Assembly: GCA_964016885.1 (NCBI GenBank)
Contig: OZ024743.1
Coordinates: 252,774,001 to 252,838,000, forward strand
Length of the DNA stretch: 64,000 bases
Origin: Eledone cirrhosa
Taxonomy: Eukaryota
Direction of reading: 5' to 3'
Position numbers and translations under genes: made by a program. The stretch's first letter is position 1. Every line of letters starts with the position of its first letter. The notes beneath the pieces are model-generated. The model saw nothing but the letters and a program-made list of their open reading frames with translations. It had not been told where the DNA came from and ran no database searches. Positions 13,427-26,040 of the stretch are shown here, piece after piece.

Positions 13427-14279
13427 GTCATCATCTTCGTCAGTTTTGCGTCTGTTTTTCCAGGTGAGCATGATGGTTGGTTGAAACATTTTCAGGTATA
13501 ATTCGACAACAAGACACAACACGTTTTAACACCAATTCTCACCTGATTTCCAAGTAAGGTTTGTATCTTTGCATATGTAACCATTGAGAAGTGGTATCTC
13601 TATTTTGGTGTAACATAAACAAATATCACCATATGCAATTTCTTTATGCCTTCTTCATCTTCTTTAAGACTTATCTGTCTTCACCTTCATTTCCTTTGTT
13701 TTCACTAATTCTTCTACTTCTTCACTCACTTATTATGAGAGGGTCATGAAGACAGAGTCCTCAGACACAACTTCTTGAGAATACTTTTAGAAACAACTCT
13801 CCAAATGATCTGGATGGATCCTTAAACAACACATACAGAGTTAATGGATGTTATCCAATAATCTTGCTCATAGTTTATATGTAAGTCTTCTGCAAGTTGA
13901 TCTTGAACATAAAATCTATCCACAGATTTTTTCGTTAGACATTTTAACCACAGTATTGGAGTTGTTATTTCTTGATGCGGAGAAGTAGCAGCTATTTGGA
14001 GTGATTCCCTTCAATGTTTAATCCTTTAGCATTTACATTACTCTATATATACTATTGTATTTTCACGGTAAAGGCTTTACCTCACATAATTATCGCGCAT
14101 AATATCGAATCTATTTATTTTGAGAACAATGCCTTAACATCAATATGAGCAGCCAGTTATTACCGGTTTGAACAGAAAGAGGTATGAGAATTCTGGTCAG
14201 ATATGGCCAGTTTAAATGCTAAAGGTTAATGTGAAAAGAAGAAACAAACACTGACACACACAAACCTGTGTATACACAC

Positions 14280-14445
14280 TTGCAGGGATTTCAAACAATT
14301 CCCATCTACCATATTGCCTCAAGACAATTGTTGATCCAAAGCAATAATAAAGGATATGTGCCCACTTATGGTACTACACAGTGTAATAGAATCCAAGGCA
14401 TGGTTACAAAGCAGCTCACTTAACCCTACAACTATGTCTGCATCT
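14280..14445 (-). mobile_element. Degenerate tRNA-derived SINE (family C)
   Basis: Similar to 31330-31500 (-) and 30000-30150 (+); CATGGTTACAAAGCAGCTCACTTAACCCTACAACTATG is a reverse-complemented tRNA-like head. Confidence 0.55.
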
Positions 14446-14766
14446 CATACATATGTATATGTTTTACAAAATGGACAAAAGATGTGTATAGGTGGAAGCA
14501 ACATTCAATTAAAGAACTGAATTTAAATACTTCAGAATTAACATTTCGGTATATTGTAACATCACATCTACTAGTCTAAAATGTTTATTCTATATATACA
14601 TATTTATGTGCGTAGAAATAGTAAAAAAAATCATGAATAGTTAAAAACAATATTAAATTAAAGAATTTGTTCCACATAACCCCAGAGCAAAATGATCTTG
14701 TATAATAAATTTTATCAATTTCATTTTCTATTCAAGAACTTAACTTGAGAGAGAACTAACTTAAGA

Positions 14767-14852
<86 letters not shown>

Positions 14853-14856
<4 letters not shown>

Positions 14857-16420
14857 CAAACATCCTAACAATAGACTACCTGTATTAGACACGGAACTCT
14901 GGATTAACACTATAGACGCGAGAGTCCAAATTCTCCACTCACACTATGCTAAACCCATGGCCTCCAAATACCTGGTACTCAAAACCTCAGCAATGTCCAG
15001 TAGTGTTAAGTTTAATATTCTGATCGCAGACTTGGTACGAGTGATGAAGAACGTGCCCCGCATGTGCGACCCAAGAGAAATGGAAAGACACATCCAACAC
15101 TTCATCAACTGCATGCAGTTCTCTGGCTACAACCAAAGAAACAGAATCAGAGTATACGAAGGAGCCACGGAGAAGTATAAGACCCTCATAGAACTGGACA
15201 TGAAAGGAACTTGCCCATTATACAGGAGCAAATCATGGAATAGCTTAGATAGGGCTAGACATAAGATAGGGAAAGCCACCTCATGGTACAACAACCAGAG
15301 ATACCAGAGTGTCACGTTTGTGGACGCTACCCCTGGAGGGAAATTAGCTAACCAGTGTAGAAAGGCCCTGAGCAAGACCCACTTAAAGATTAAGATGGTA
15401 GAAAAGCCAGGAACCACCATAAAATCCCTGATCAGCAAAATCTACCCTTTCAAGAAAACCCACTGTACTAATAGGAAATGTATCATATGTAAGGTAAACC
15501 CCCGGATAAACTGTAAAACTAGAGACGTAGTCTATAGCATAAGATGTACAGAGGGTACTTGCAGAAACATGACAACAACATACATAGGTGAGACAGCTCG
15601 TAGCATAGGTGAAAGGATAGACCAACACTGGGGAGGAACTAAAAGGACGAAAAAACGGTCCAGTACTATACGAACATGCCAGACAACAACACGACGGTAA
15701 CATAGACAACATAGAAATTAGAATAATATCTAAACATAGAAATGACCCAGCAGATAGGCAAATCGGAGAGGCGAGTGAAATAGAACTTAGAAGGCCAAGG
15801 CTAAACAGAAAAAATGAATGGAATAACTACAACACCCAAACAAACAACACTGACCTAAGAGAAGTATAAATAAATAAATAAGTAGATAAATAAATTAATT
15901 AATACATACACATGCACAATAACAACAAACACATATAAACACACACTAGTAAAGATAAAATACATTAACCAATACACAGTCACCTAATCACGAACACACA
16001 TCAAACAAAACACTATACACACACGCAAACGCATGCGCAAAGAAGACAAAATAAAATAAACAAATAAATATATATATAAACAGACTAAATAAAGATGGCG
16101 TAGAAAATACAATGCAACGGGAGGAAACAATAGCACCACTGACGATGTTGCAGATGTGCAACGAAAGAACTTTGATAAACTATATATATGTGTTTGTTTT
16201 GTGTCTATATTGTATCTGTATTTTTTACCGTTGGTCAGTCAATGGCAACATTGAGGACCGAATCAATTAGATTAGCGATATAAAAGACACAGAAGCGAAA
16301 ACCAACCAGACAGTGAGTGTTATTAATTCTGGCAATATTACACAAATATAACCCTCCCCAAGTATAACAATATTTGTTTCGACACACGATTTCATATAAA
16401 AAACCTCGCAAAACTAATAT
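14853..16420 (+). mobile_element. 5'-truncated Penelope-like element: RT thumb, CCCC linker, GIY-YIG endonuclease, 3' region with HHR
   Basis: ORF 14957-15700 has CTNRKCIIC...C then VVYSIRC...YIGETARSIGERIDQH (GIY-YIG). A frameshifted C-terminus runs to ~15870. The element begins directly after an ~80-bp (TA)n. Confidence 0.88.
16134..16177 (+). ncRNA. Type I hammerhead ribozyme motif (stems I/III partly decayed)
   Basis: CACCA-CTGACGA-T-GTTGCA(GATG)TGCAAC-GAAA-GAAC-TT-TGATA: intact core and perfect 6-bp stem II. Confidence 0.7.
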
Positions 16421-16637
16421 ATATATATATATTCTAACATATTTTTACATATATATATATATATATATATACATATGTAAGAATATTTTTCGAAACAGCG
16501 AGCGGGTTTGAAATTATTATAAATGTAAGCTATCGCCGTATTTTGACTAAAGAAATTAAAAAAATTATTTAGCCTGATAGTGGGGATAAGAACCCTCGAA
16601 GAAATGGAAAAAGATGAGTATTGACGTATTCAAAATG

Positions 16638-16879
16638 TTAATAAATGAAAAATATTCTCATAATCAAAATATATATTTTATTATACATATTTCAAACGTA
16701 CTATGGTTTTTAAGTACGTTTTCATCAGACAAAATATAAGATTTGATATGTGACATACCGCTACGGCTTTGATTATTCAATTCCAGTATTGGCAGTACTG
16801 CCAATAAACACCATAGTAGCTTTGAAATATGTATAATTAAATATATATTTTGATTATGAGAATATTTTTCATTTATTAA
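16638..16879. repeat. Inverted repeat, ~70-bp arms
   Basis: TTAATAAATGAAAAATATTCTCATAATCAAAA... pairs with ...TTTTGATTATGAGAATATTTTTCATTTATTAA. Confidence 0.9.
16681..16732 (-). ncRNA. Type I hammerhead ribozyme motif inside a fold-back
   Basis: Minus strand TTGT-CTGATGA-AAACGTACT(TAAAAACCAT)AGTACGTTT-GAAA-TATG-T-ATAA: perfect 9-bp stem II. The cleavage site appears one nucleotide short. Confidence 0.7.
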
Positions 16880-17069
16880 TACTCCAGGAAAATCTACTGT
16901 TCAGTGCTTCTAATCTATTGTAAAATTGTATTCGTTGATTAATCAACGAACCATATTAATCTTTTGTTATATATATATATTTATATAACGAAGGAAATGT
17001 GGTAAGGAACCAGGTGGACCATAACGCACCAAAGTACTCAATACTTAGGGTAGTAGAGTGGGTAATAGT

Positions 17070-17187
17070 AACAAGTAAGACCCCGACGGCTGAGCTCAAG
17101 CCGTTTCGACGGCTAATTCTGTACTTAATTCAGTACAGAATTAGCCGTCGAAACGGCTTGAGCTCAGCCATCGGGGTCTTACTTGTT
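17070..17187. repeat. Near-perfect 118-bp palindrome
   Basis: 56-bp arms, 6-nt loop TAATTC, one mismatch. Confidence 0.95.
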
Positions 17188-17949
17188 CCTATATATTTAT
17201 ATATATATATATTTGTTTTCGCTCAACATGGTGGATAATGACTCATGAATACATATACATATATATATATATATTATCATCAACATATATATCTGTATAT
17301 ATATAATCATGATCACCCCTTTTTCCCTGCTAGCAAGAAATGAATGAGTCTTCAGAGACAAAGTCAGTACTCAAGCTAGGCAACATACCTCTCAAATGGA
17401 CAGGAGGCCTACATCTCACTTTCATATGTTCATATGTTCCTCTGCTTTACCAACTGCATTTTATCATAACACCATAACTAGGGAAGTTATGTCTTTGATG
17501 CAGCTGAAGGATCCTCCCGATCCTGTGTATTGTATATTTTATATGGTTGTTTACCTACCATATCACCAACATACAGATACACAGACACACACATACATGC
17601 ATGAATCTTTATAGTAGACCAAAAGTCGCGTTGGACAATAATAAATCTAATGTAATGAAATGAGTGAAACATTGGACAAAACATGAACAAACAGGACAAT
17701 ATAGAAACAGGTGAAACATACTGGTAAACATGGTAAAAAACAATAATAACAAAACATTCCCATCTTCAACTAACTCCTCTAAACCAACGGTTTATCAATA
17801 GGTTAAACAGTTAAAGAATTCTAACCTAGGAACATAACATGATCTTTATTGGTCTTTCTCAATAGCACAAAGTTTTCTGTATATGGTGTTGTTTCCTGTT
17901 TATTTTATGTGTTCACATATTTTTTTTTTCATTGTGGTTGGTTATTGTT

Positions 17950-19113
17950 GTGATAAGGTTGATGGTGGCGTTGATGGTGGTTGTGTTGCCAGTTCGGGTA
18001 GTGGTAGAGGAGGTGTTGATTCAGGTGTGTTTGGTGTGGGTGTGTGTTTTGTGTTTTCTGAATTGGGTGTTAGTTTCTGCCAGGGAGTATTGCCTGACTT
18101 TTTGTTTGAGTGCCTTTTTAAAATGTTTTTGCTTTGAATATTTCCTCTTCTCCTTCAGTGGGGGTGCATGTTTCTGATAATGATTGGGGTGCAAGTATAT
18201 TTGTGGCTTTGTGTGTGTGTATGTTTAGAGCAGCTGGAGAGGGAGAGCTATTTCATAGACACCTTGAGTGGTTTTGTTGGAGTCTGTTGTTGTCATTGTG
18301 GGTGGTGGTGGGTCAGTTGCTGCTGTTGGTGATGTTGTTGGTCTTGGTGCTGTCATTGCTGCTGGTGGTGTTACAGGTGCTGCATTTGCTTTTGTTGTTG
18401 TTGTTGTTGTTGTGGCTGTTGAGGCTCTGGTGTTGGCAGCAAGGTGACAGTGTGGTTCCTCACCTTCTTTGGAAGGCAAAAACTCTTAAAGGTCCAGTTT
18501 TTCTGCAAAGATGACAGTGGAGCATTTTACCTTCAATGATTAACCTTAGCTCTACACCACCCAAACAACGAATTAAGTATGGGATCTTTTCAGTCTTTTC
18601 TACTTTGATCTGGTGAAGTATCTCCAAACTGATCCCAGACCAGTTTTCCCTCTGGGACATCTTTACATCGAGGAGCATTTCGCTTCCCACACAGACAATG
18701 CATGCTGGATTCCACCAGATGTCTTTTTCTGGTGGGATCCCATCAATGCAGATCTTCAGTGTCCTTCCTCCCATGTGAGAGGCAAACAAATTACATTGGC
18801 CCATTTTGCAGGGGACCAAAGAGTACTTTTTTTGCAAAGGACTCATTATTTAAGAGCACTGAAATGTTCATAAACTGCTTGACCCATGCTATGTGTTGAG
18901 TGTCTAGCATTAAGCTCTTTAGAGAAGCCTCCATCTGAGATTAAGGGGCTAGCTCTGGATTATTTTACTTAATGCCAATACATCTATATATTATAATTTT
19001 TCTCTCTGTTGCTGCCAACATCTCAGGCAGAACGCTTATGCTGGCCCATATTTTCTCTACTTTTACAAGTTTAGATGCCTGAGCCAAACATTCCACCCCC
19101 CTACTCCAGTCCA
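17950..19113 (-). pseudogene. Decayed L1/Tx1-like ORF1 (gag-like, zinc-knuckle relic) with Thr/Pro-rich tail
   Basis: ORF 18460-18846 has IPYLIRCLGGVELRLIIEGKMLHCHLCRKTG, resembling the Tx1 ORF1 motif G....C..C...GH....C, followed by a low-complexity T/P tract. Confidence 0.5.
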
Positions 19114-19554
19114 TGATGAACAGTTCTGTTGTTATCACAGCCGTAGCAGCACATGTATTTCGTTGCTGTTATTGTTGTTGTTGCTGTTGTTGTTGTCATT
19201 GCCATTTTTGCTGCTGCTACTGTTATCTTTGCTGCTGCTGTTGTTACAATTGCTGTTGTTGCTTCTGCTGTTTTTGTTGTTTATTGTTGATGTTGTTGGT
19301 GACAGTGGTCTTGTTGCATGTAGTGATGGTAACAGTGGAGACATTGGTGGTGATGGTGGTGTGACTTTTATTAATAAAGTACATGACACCTCCTACCTTC
19401 TCAACCATGATTGCTTTAGATTCACTATCACGTGATTGCTGGCACAAAGCGAAGTGTATCTCCATTTGTTTTATGCTAGTAGGCATGAAAAATGAAAATA
19501 AAGTTTAAATATTTGGGCCTTTGACCAAAATATTATGGAGTCTCCCCTTCAGAG

Positions 19555-20200
19555 GGCAATCTATTGTGCCCTATTGAAAATTTGTGACAAAAATATAACA
19601 ATGAATGTTATGTAAAGGCATCACAACAAAATAGCCAGGATAGTCCATTGGGCACTTTGTGGCAAATAAGCACTTTACAGAGCAGAAAAGTGGTATGAAC
19701 ATAACCCTGAGGGTGTTATCGAAAATGATGATGTAAAGATCCTGTGGGACATTGTGATACAGTGTGACCATGAGATTAAACATAGGAGACCAGATATTGT
19801 ATTAATTAACAAAGAAAGCAAACAGTGTTGGATCATAGATATAGCCTGTCCAGCTGATAGCCAGGTATGCGATAAGGAAGGAAAACAATTTGATATATAT
19901 GACAGGTTAGTTTGGGAAATTAAGCAGTTTATGACACTGAAAAAGGTGGTGGTAATACCAATAGTAGTTGGAATCTTGGAAACTGTGAGTAAAGGTCTTG
20001 AGACGTACATTAAACAAATAAGGATTGCAATACAGATGGAATACTTACAAAAAAACAGCATTGCTTGGAACAGCTCAAATACTCCAAAGGGTACTCGAAA
20101 AATAAGGGGTATTAACTCAGTTCACTGGTAGTGAACAGCTAACAATGTAATACATGTCCAGCATTAGAAGCTGAGAGAAGAAATGATAATAATAATAATT
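19555..20200 (+). mobile_element. R4/Dong-clade non-LTR retrotransposon 3' end (restriction-like endonuclease)
   Basis: KWYEHNPEGVIENDDVKILWD..IQCDHEIKHRRPDIV...IIDIACPAD (PD-D motif); ends in a (TAA)n tail. Confidence 0.85.
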
Positions 20201-20390
20201 GTTTCTACTCTTGGCACAAGGCCAGCAATTTCAAAGGAAGGGGAAAGTAGAATAAATTGACCTGTCATACTGGTGCTTCGTTTTATTGTCACTGTAAGGA
20301 TGAAAAGCAAAGCTAACCTCAGTGGGATTTGAAATCAGAATTTACAGGGCTGTAACACTATGCAGTTAAACATGTTTTTCAATGTTCTAT
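20198..20390 (-). mobile_element. Degenerate SINE family A copy
   Basis: TTGGCACAAGGCCAGCAATT...AAGGATGAAAAGCAAAGCTAACCTCAGTGGGATTTGAA. Confidence 0.75.
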
Positions 20391-21145
20391 AAAGATGCGG
20401 AGGGGGGAGGAGAAAGAGAGGGAAGTGGAAGAAGAAGAATTAGAAGAATAAGAAGAAAAAGAAGACACAATATCCTGTGACAACCACTTTGTGTAAAACA
20501 TGACAGGTAAATGGTAATTTGATATCTTCCATCTTAACTATTTCTCTTACACAATATTATCCACCCTGGAAAGATGAAAGGCAAAGTTGCCTTTGGTGGG
20601 ATTTGAACTCATAATGTAAAAGCCAGAACTAATACAACAATGGTATTTTATACGATGTTTCACCAATTCTGCCAATCCACCAACTGTCTTTCATATAATT
20701 AAAAAAGAAACATTATCTTAATGATAATTCAAAGTAAAAACTAAGAAGGAATAAAATAAAATGCTTATGTTGCTTTTTTTATTCATTCTGACAAGATAAG
20801 ACATTTCTTCTTTGGTTGGACACCTTTAAAGTCTGTGGAAATCTTTATCAGTAAAGTCATTTAAGTGAATAATTTACAATAGATAAACCTATCTATTGTT
20901 TTATATAATCAGTTTTTCTTATCACTCAATATAATATATACTATGATGTGTGTTTATTATACATACACATATACCATATGCTTATAAAGGCACACACACA
21001 TTTATATATATATAGAGAGAGAGATAGGTAAAATCCTGACGACGGTGCCAAAGAATTTTTGCTTGTGTATTCAGCCAGCCTTTTTCAAGTGTGTAGGAAT
21101 TTTTGCAGAGTGTAAAAAGTAGGTCACTAGTTATGCATATATACA

Positions 21146-21308
21146 TCATCATCATTTTACGTCCGCTTTTCCCTACATGCAAGGGTGGGACGGGAACTGA
21201 TTCTGGCTTGATTTCTACAGCTGGATGCCCTTCCTAACACCAACCTCATTTACAGTGAGTGCTGGGTGCTTTTTTGCCGTGGCACCTCCACGACCACTTT
21301 GCAGTGGA
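21146..21308 (-). mobile_element. RTE 3' end fragment
   Basis: CATCATCATC tail; 21190-21308 is nearly identical to 331-448. Confidence 0.88.
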
Positions 21309-21334
21309 ATGATATGGACCCCAGTCCCTATCAT

Positions 21335-21480
21335 CTCATTTCTACAGCTGAGTAAACTGGAGCAATGTGAAATAAAGTGTCTTGCTCAAGGAAAAAACAC
21401 ATCACCCAGTCTGAGAATTGAACTCACAACCTTTCAATTGCAAGGCCAATGCTCTAACCACTAAGCCATGTGCCTCCATG
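21335..21480 (-). mobile_element. tRNA/CORE-type SINE 5' part (family B)
   Basis: AAGTGTCTTGCTCAAGGA (CORE, reverse complement) and GCTCTAACCACTAAGCCATG (box A, reverse complement); similar to 38700-38826. Confidence 0.75.
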
Positions 21481-22265
21481 CATGGGTAAATGTATTAAAG
21501 AAAGAGTACTCAATATGTTGTTTAGAGCATTTATCTTTTGTATATTATATCTGTTAATGACTCATATAAACATTAGATGCCGTTTCCTACAAAGACAGGC
21601 CATGCGTTAGCATGCAATGTTAGTGTACATGAACAATGAAGTACAGATGACTTGAAAAAAGCTGGATATAAGAGGAATTAGAGAGGCAGTGGATAAAAGA
21701 GAAGACTATGTCAGTATGTACATGCAAATGGTGGGTCACAGGATGGCACTGCATCCCCAAGATAATTTTCTATGATGCAGATTTAAAAAAATAGGAGTTT
21801 ATAAAGACTGTTCTAAAATATGTTCCTTGCAAAAGTATGCCCTCCAAGAATGTTTTAAAGCCCCCTGCCCCAAGAACCAATGTCTCACAATGAACTCATG
21901 AACAGGCGGTGCATGGACGATGAAGACTGGGTTCAAACTGGTAAGAACTAGCTAAAGTGGAAGACCAGGAACATCTGGACAGTGGTGGGAAAAGTTGACC
22001 TAAGTATGCTACAATAGACAAATGTGATGGGACAAAGGAAGGAAACATGTAAAGAGATGCATTGGAGTGGACTTGTCTAACACATGAACACATGAAAAAA
22101 ATGGATGTAAAATTGATGATGTTATGTGTGTGCATGTGTATTTATGTATGCTTGTAAGAGTTTTTACGTGTGTGGGTGTGTGGATTAAATTTATTCGTAT
22201 TTACCATATAATTGAATGCTGAATACATGTTCCCACCTAGAAACAAACTGTATTTACGATTGAAA

Positions 22266-22325
<60 letters not shown>

Positions 22326-23491
22326 AAGGTTAATTTCTAGGATGGTAATGATGTGTATATATATAAATATATATATATAAAGTATATAACATATATATAG
22401 ACTATCCACTATACCTCATGCACAGACGCATTCATACACATAGAGTAAGAATACTAGAAACTTTCATTACTTTCCAAAACATAAATTATGTAATTGCGGT
22501 AGGACCTTAGGTTATCCAAAAATCAATTTTATTTAATCATCAAACCCATTCATAGATCACCAATCAAATTATCAATATATTCCTTCCTTCAAAAATTAGT
22601 GTAACCATGGTGAAGGTCAACAATCTGACCCTTATATAATAAGGAAAAGGTTTCTAATTCAGTCCAAATCTAAATTAACACGTATCAGCTTGTATTAACT
22701 ATTTTGTTACTATATTCTTAGTGAAAATCACTACCCATGATCTAAAGATAATTTTGAGTATGTTTGGGGATTTAATAATATAAATTACTTTGTCTATTAG
22801 TGAGCTGGTGTTTGGAATAAAACAAAGATATTTAAATAGAATTGTGAAGGAAAATATGAAAATATAAACACTTTAAACATTTTGTTAACATATTTCTAAT
22901 GAAAGACACTACCATTGATTTTCAAATAATGAAGAATTTGGAGGGATTCAGCAATGTAACTAGCTTTCCTATTATTAGGCTTGTGTGTGGAACATAGCTT
23001 AAAGTTTCATAAAATTATGATGGAAGATTTTTAGATAGATATAAATATTTTACGTCTTTCATTACCATGTTTCTAATTAAAGAAAGTACATATAATATTC
23101 AAATAATTTTGAAAATAATAGAGAATATGAAGAGATTTAATAATGTAACTAGTTTTCTCGTAATTAAGTTAATCATTAGAACATAAGGGTTCTTACAAAA
23201 AATCATGAAGTTTCAATATGAACATTTAAACAGCTTTGAACCAAAGGTGGCTTTAGAGAGTTTGGTATAAAAAAGGATTAAACTTGAAACATTTTAATGC
23301 TTAAGAAGTATATTCCACGAAAGTGAGATAGTACATGAAGCCAAAATACTACTCAGTATATTAAGATAACAATTTGAATCTATGATATTGTAAGGACTCT
23401 TGAAATTACTAAATCTGAATTTATTTTAAACTATAAAATCACACACATACACACACATAAACACATGCATATATATATATATTATATATAA

Positions 23492-23545
<54 letters not shown>

Positions 23546-23546
23546 T

Positions 23547-23578
<32 letters not shown>

Positions 23579-24009
23579 TTATTAAAATAACAGATTAAAG
23601 TTTAAGCAAAGAATCGCTGCTTTCACCCTTAACGGGATCTTCTATTTATCCTTATCGAGCCCTCTTTGGATTTTAGTCTTCAAATTTATTATTATTACTA
23701 TATATATATATATATATGTAGAGGTTATATTTAATTTGTTGGTGGCCCTTGAAATATGTATAATGAAATAAATATGGTTTTATAAATATAGTTTCCATTT
23801 GTTAATATATTGTATATACATATATATATAAGTATATAAAAACTCAGATTACATTTATATATATATATAAAAGTAATCTGAGTTTTTCGAATATTAATAA
23901 TAACATTCGATTCGTTTGCAATTATGCAAACAAGCCTCAATTTTATAGCCATGTCAGTAGAATTAACACTTCATTCTTGCTCTTCTGTAGGCATGCGAAC
24001 AGAACTGCA

Positions 24010-24460
24010 GACACTAAGGTTTCTGGATGTTGCATGGTAGTGTGACATGGGCAGCAACTGCAGACAGCTGGAGAGAAATGTAGCAAGTTGCTACGTTGGA
24101 TGTGCAATGTCAATGTGCGTGAACGACCAAGCATAGACGAGTTGAGAAAGAAACTGAGTATAAGAGGGATAAGTGGTGTGCAGGAGAGAAGGCTGAGATG
24201 GTATGGACATGTGATGCGATTGGAGGATGACCGATGGGTGAAAAAGTGCCAGGAAGTCAACGTGGAGGGAAGACGCAGTAGAGGTAGACAACGAAAAACA
24301 TGGGCGGAGGTGGTGAGAGCAGACCTCAGATCGCTGAAGCTCTCGGAGGAGATGACGAAGGACCATGATGGGTGGAGAGATGCTGTGCTGAAAATGGACC
24401 CGTACAACCTTTTCAAGCAGGGAAAAAGTGGACATAAAATGATGATGATGATGATGATGA
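24010..24460 (+). mobile_element. RTE LINE 3' fragment (short-UTR subfamily)
   Basis: MLRWMCNV...RRLRWYGHV...GRQRKTW followed directly by (GAT)n. Confidence 0.9.
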
Positions 24461-24464
24461 TATA

Positions 24465-24960
24465 TCTTGAATCATGTGCAGCAGCTAAGGAAACGTTGAG
24501 AAATGCCATTTGGAATGTACTTATATCATTTGAAATGGAGAGGTTAAAACATGCAGAACTGAAAAGAAAAGTGTGGAAGAAAGAGACCAACAGTAATACT
24601 GATGAATCTTACCCAGCGATAGTTTTCAAATGCTCTGTGTGCCCTAACACAAATCCTTTTGAATGCTGGCTTGAAGACACACCCGCGAGCACATGATAGT
24701 AAAGTCCAAGTTGACTATTCAAACTTCATTGCAGGGAATCATTTCCAGTGACATGTTTATCAGAAAATCAGGTGGTGGAATGAAGAGACATCTGAACATA
24801 CACAATAAGCTAACACAAAGTGGATACAAGTGAGAAATCATTGAATTATTTGTGCACGGGTCTTTCACAGGCTTTCAGGACCAACAAGCAATTTGAGATC
24901 CCATGCCAGGAAGTAACAGACATAAAGTGCAAGAAATGGTCAAGTTTTGTATGGAACAGA
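24465..24960 (+). pseudogene. Decayed BovB/RTE-like C-terminus with C2H2 zinc-finger relics
   Basis: LRNAIW...FEMERLKHAELKRK...FKCSVCP, then frameshifted AGLKTHPRAH and GGGMKRHLNIH. Confidence 0.55.
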
Positions 24961-24975
24961 CGACATTCGTATATA

Positions 24976-25065
<90 letters not shown>

Positions 25066-25074
<9 letters not shown>

Positions 25075-25912
25075 AAGTGTAATGAATTCTTTTACAATGG
25101 AATTAGCTCAAAAGGAAATATTCCTGAGCCGTGTATAAGAGTAATATATATGAGTAATATATATGATGAAACAGATACCAACACATCTGTATTTATATTG
25201 CAAAAGAAAATTTAGCCAGAATGAAGAATATTAATTATTTTACTACAGTTCGTCCACATCGATTTAAAATAATAAATCGACAAAAACTAGCTGCGCTGCC
25301 AAAAGGCTATGATGTTTATACACATTTAAATTTCAAAATCAAACCTGTTCCGTAGATAAGTTTAAACTTTAAAATCCAAACATGTTTCGAGATGAATAAG
25401 TGTATAAGTGTAGGAATATCATGCCACTGCTCTCCTCAGTAAACATCCAGAGACAATTGATAAGCTTCACTTCTAAATAATTTAAAAGACTGTGTGACGC
25501 ACATGGGTTCACAGATTCAAGCTAGTCTCATAACCGTACTGCTAGAAATAACAGTCGTATATATGAGGCGAATTTCAGCTCAGCCAGGAGCAGTTATATA
25601 TTATTAAGTGTAATGAATTCTTTTACAATGGAATTAGCTCAAAAGGAAATATTCCTGAGCCGTGTATAAGAGTAATATATATGAGTAATATATATGATGA
25701 AATAGATACCAACACATCTGTATTTATATTGCAAAAGAAAATTTAGCCAGAATGAAGAATATTAATTATTTTACTACAGTTCGTCCACATCGATTTAAAA
25801 TAATAAATCGACAAAAACTAGCTGCGCTGCCAAAAGGCTAATTTTCTTTTGCAATATAAATACAGATGTGTTGGTATCTGTTTCATCATATATATTACTC
25901 ATATATATTACT

Positions 25913-25918
<6 letters not shown>
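25066..25918 (-). mobile_element. Non-coding HHR-bearing element: ~225-bp direct repeat at 531-bp period plus inverted partial copy (retrozyme/pLTR-like)
   Basis: 25066-25289 is nearly identical to 25597-25840 (overlapping block). 25841-25918 is the reverse complement of part of that repeat. (TA)n flanks both sides. Confidence 0.75.
25374..25444 (-). ncRNA. Type I hammerhead ribozyme motif with long loop II
   Basis: Minus strand GTTTA-CTGAGGA-GAG(~38 nt)CTC-GAAA-CATG-TT-TGGAT: intact core, palindromic stem III ACATGT, wobble-rich stem I. Confidence 0.65.
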
Positions 25919-25968
<50 letters not shown>

Positions 25969-26040
25969 ATATGGTTGCTAGGATGCGTCCATTGGCGGTA
26001 TGCCAGTTGAGCACTCTATGATCCTTCGGAGCAGAGTATG

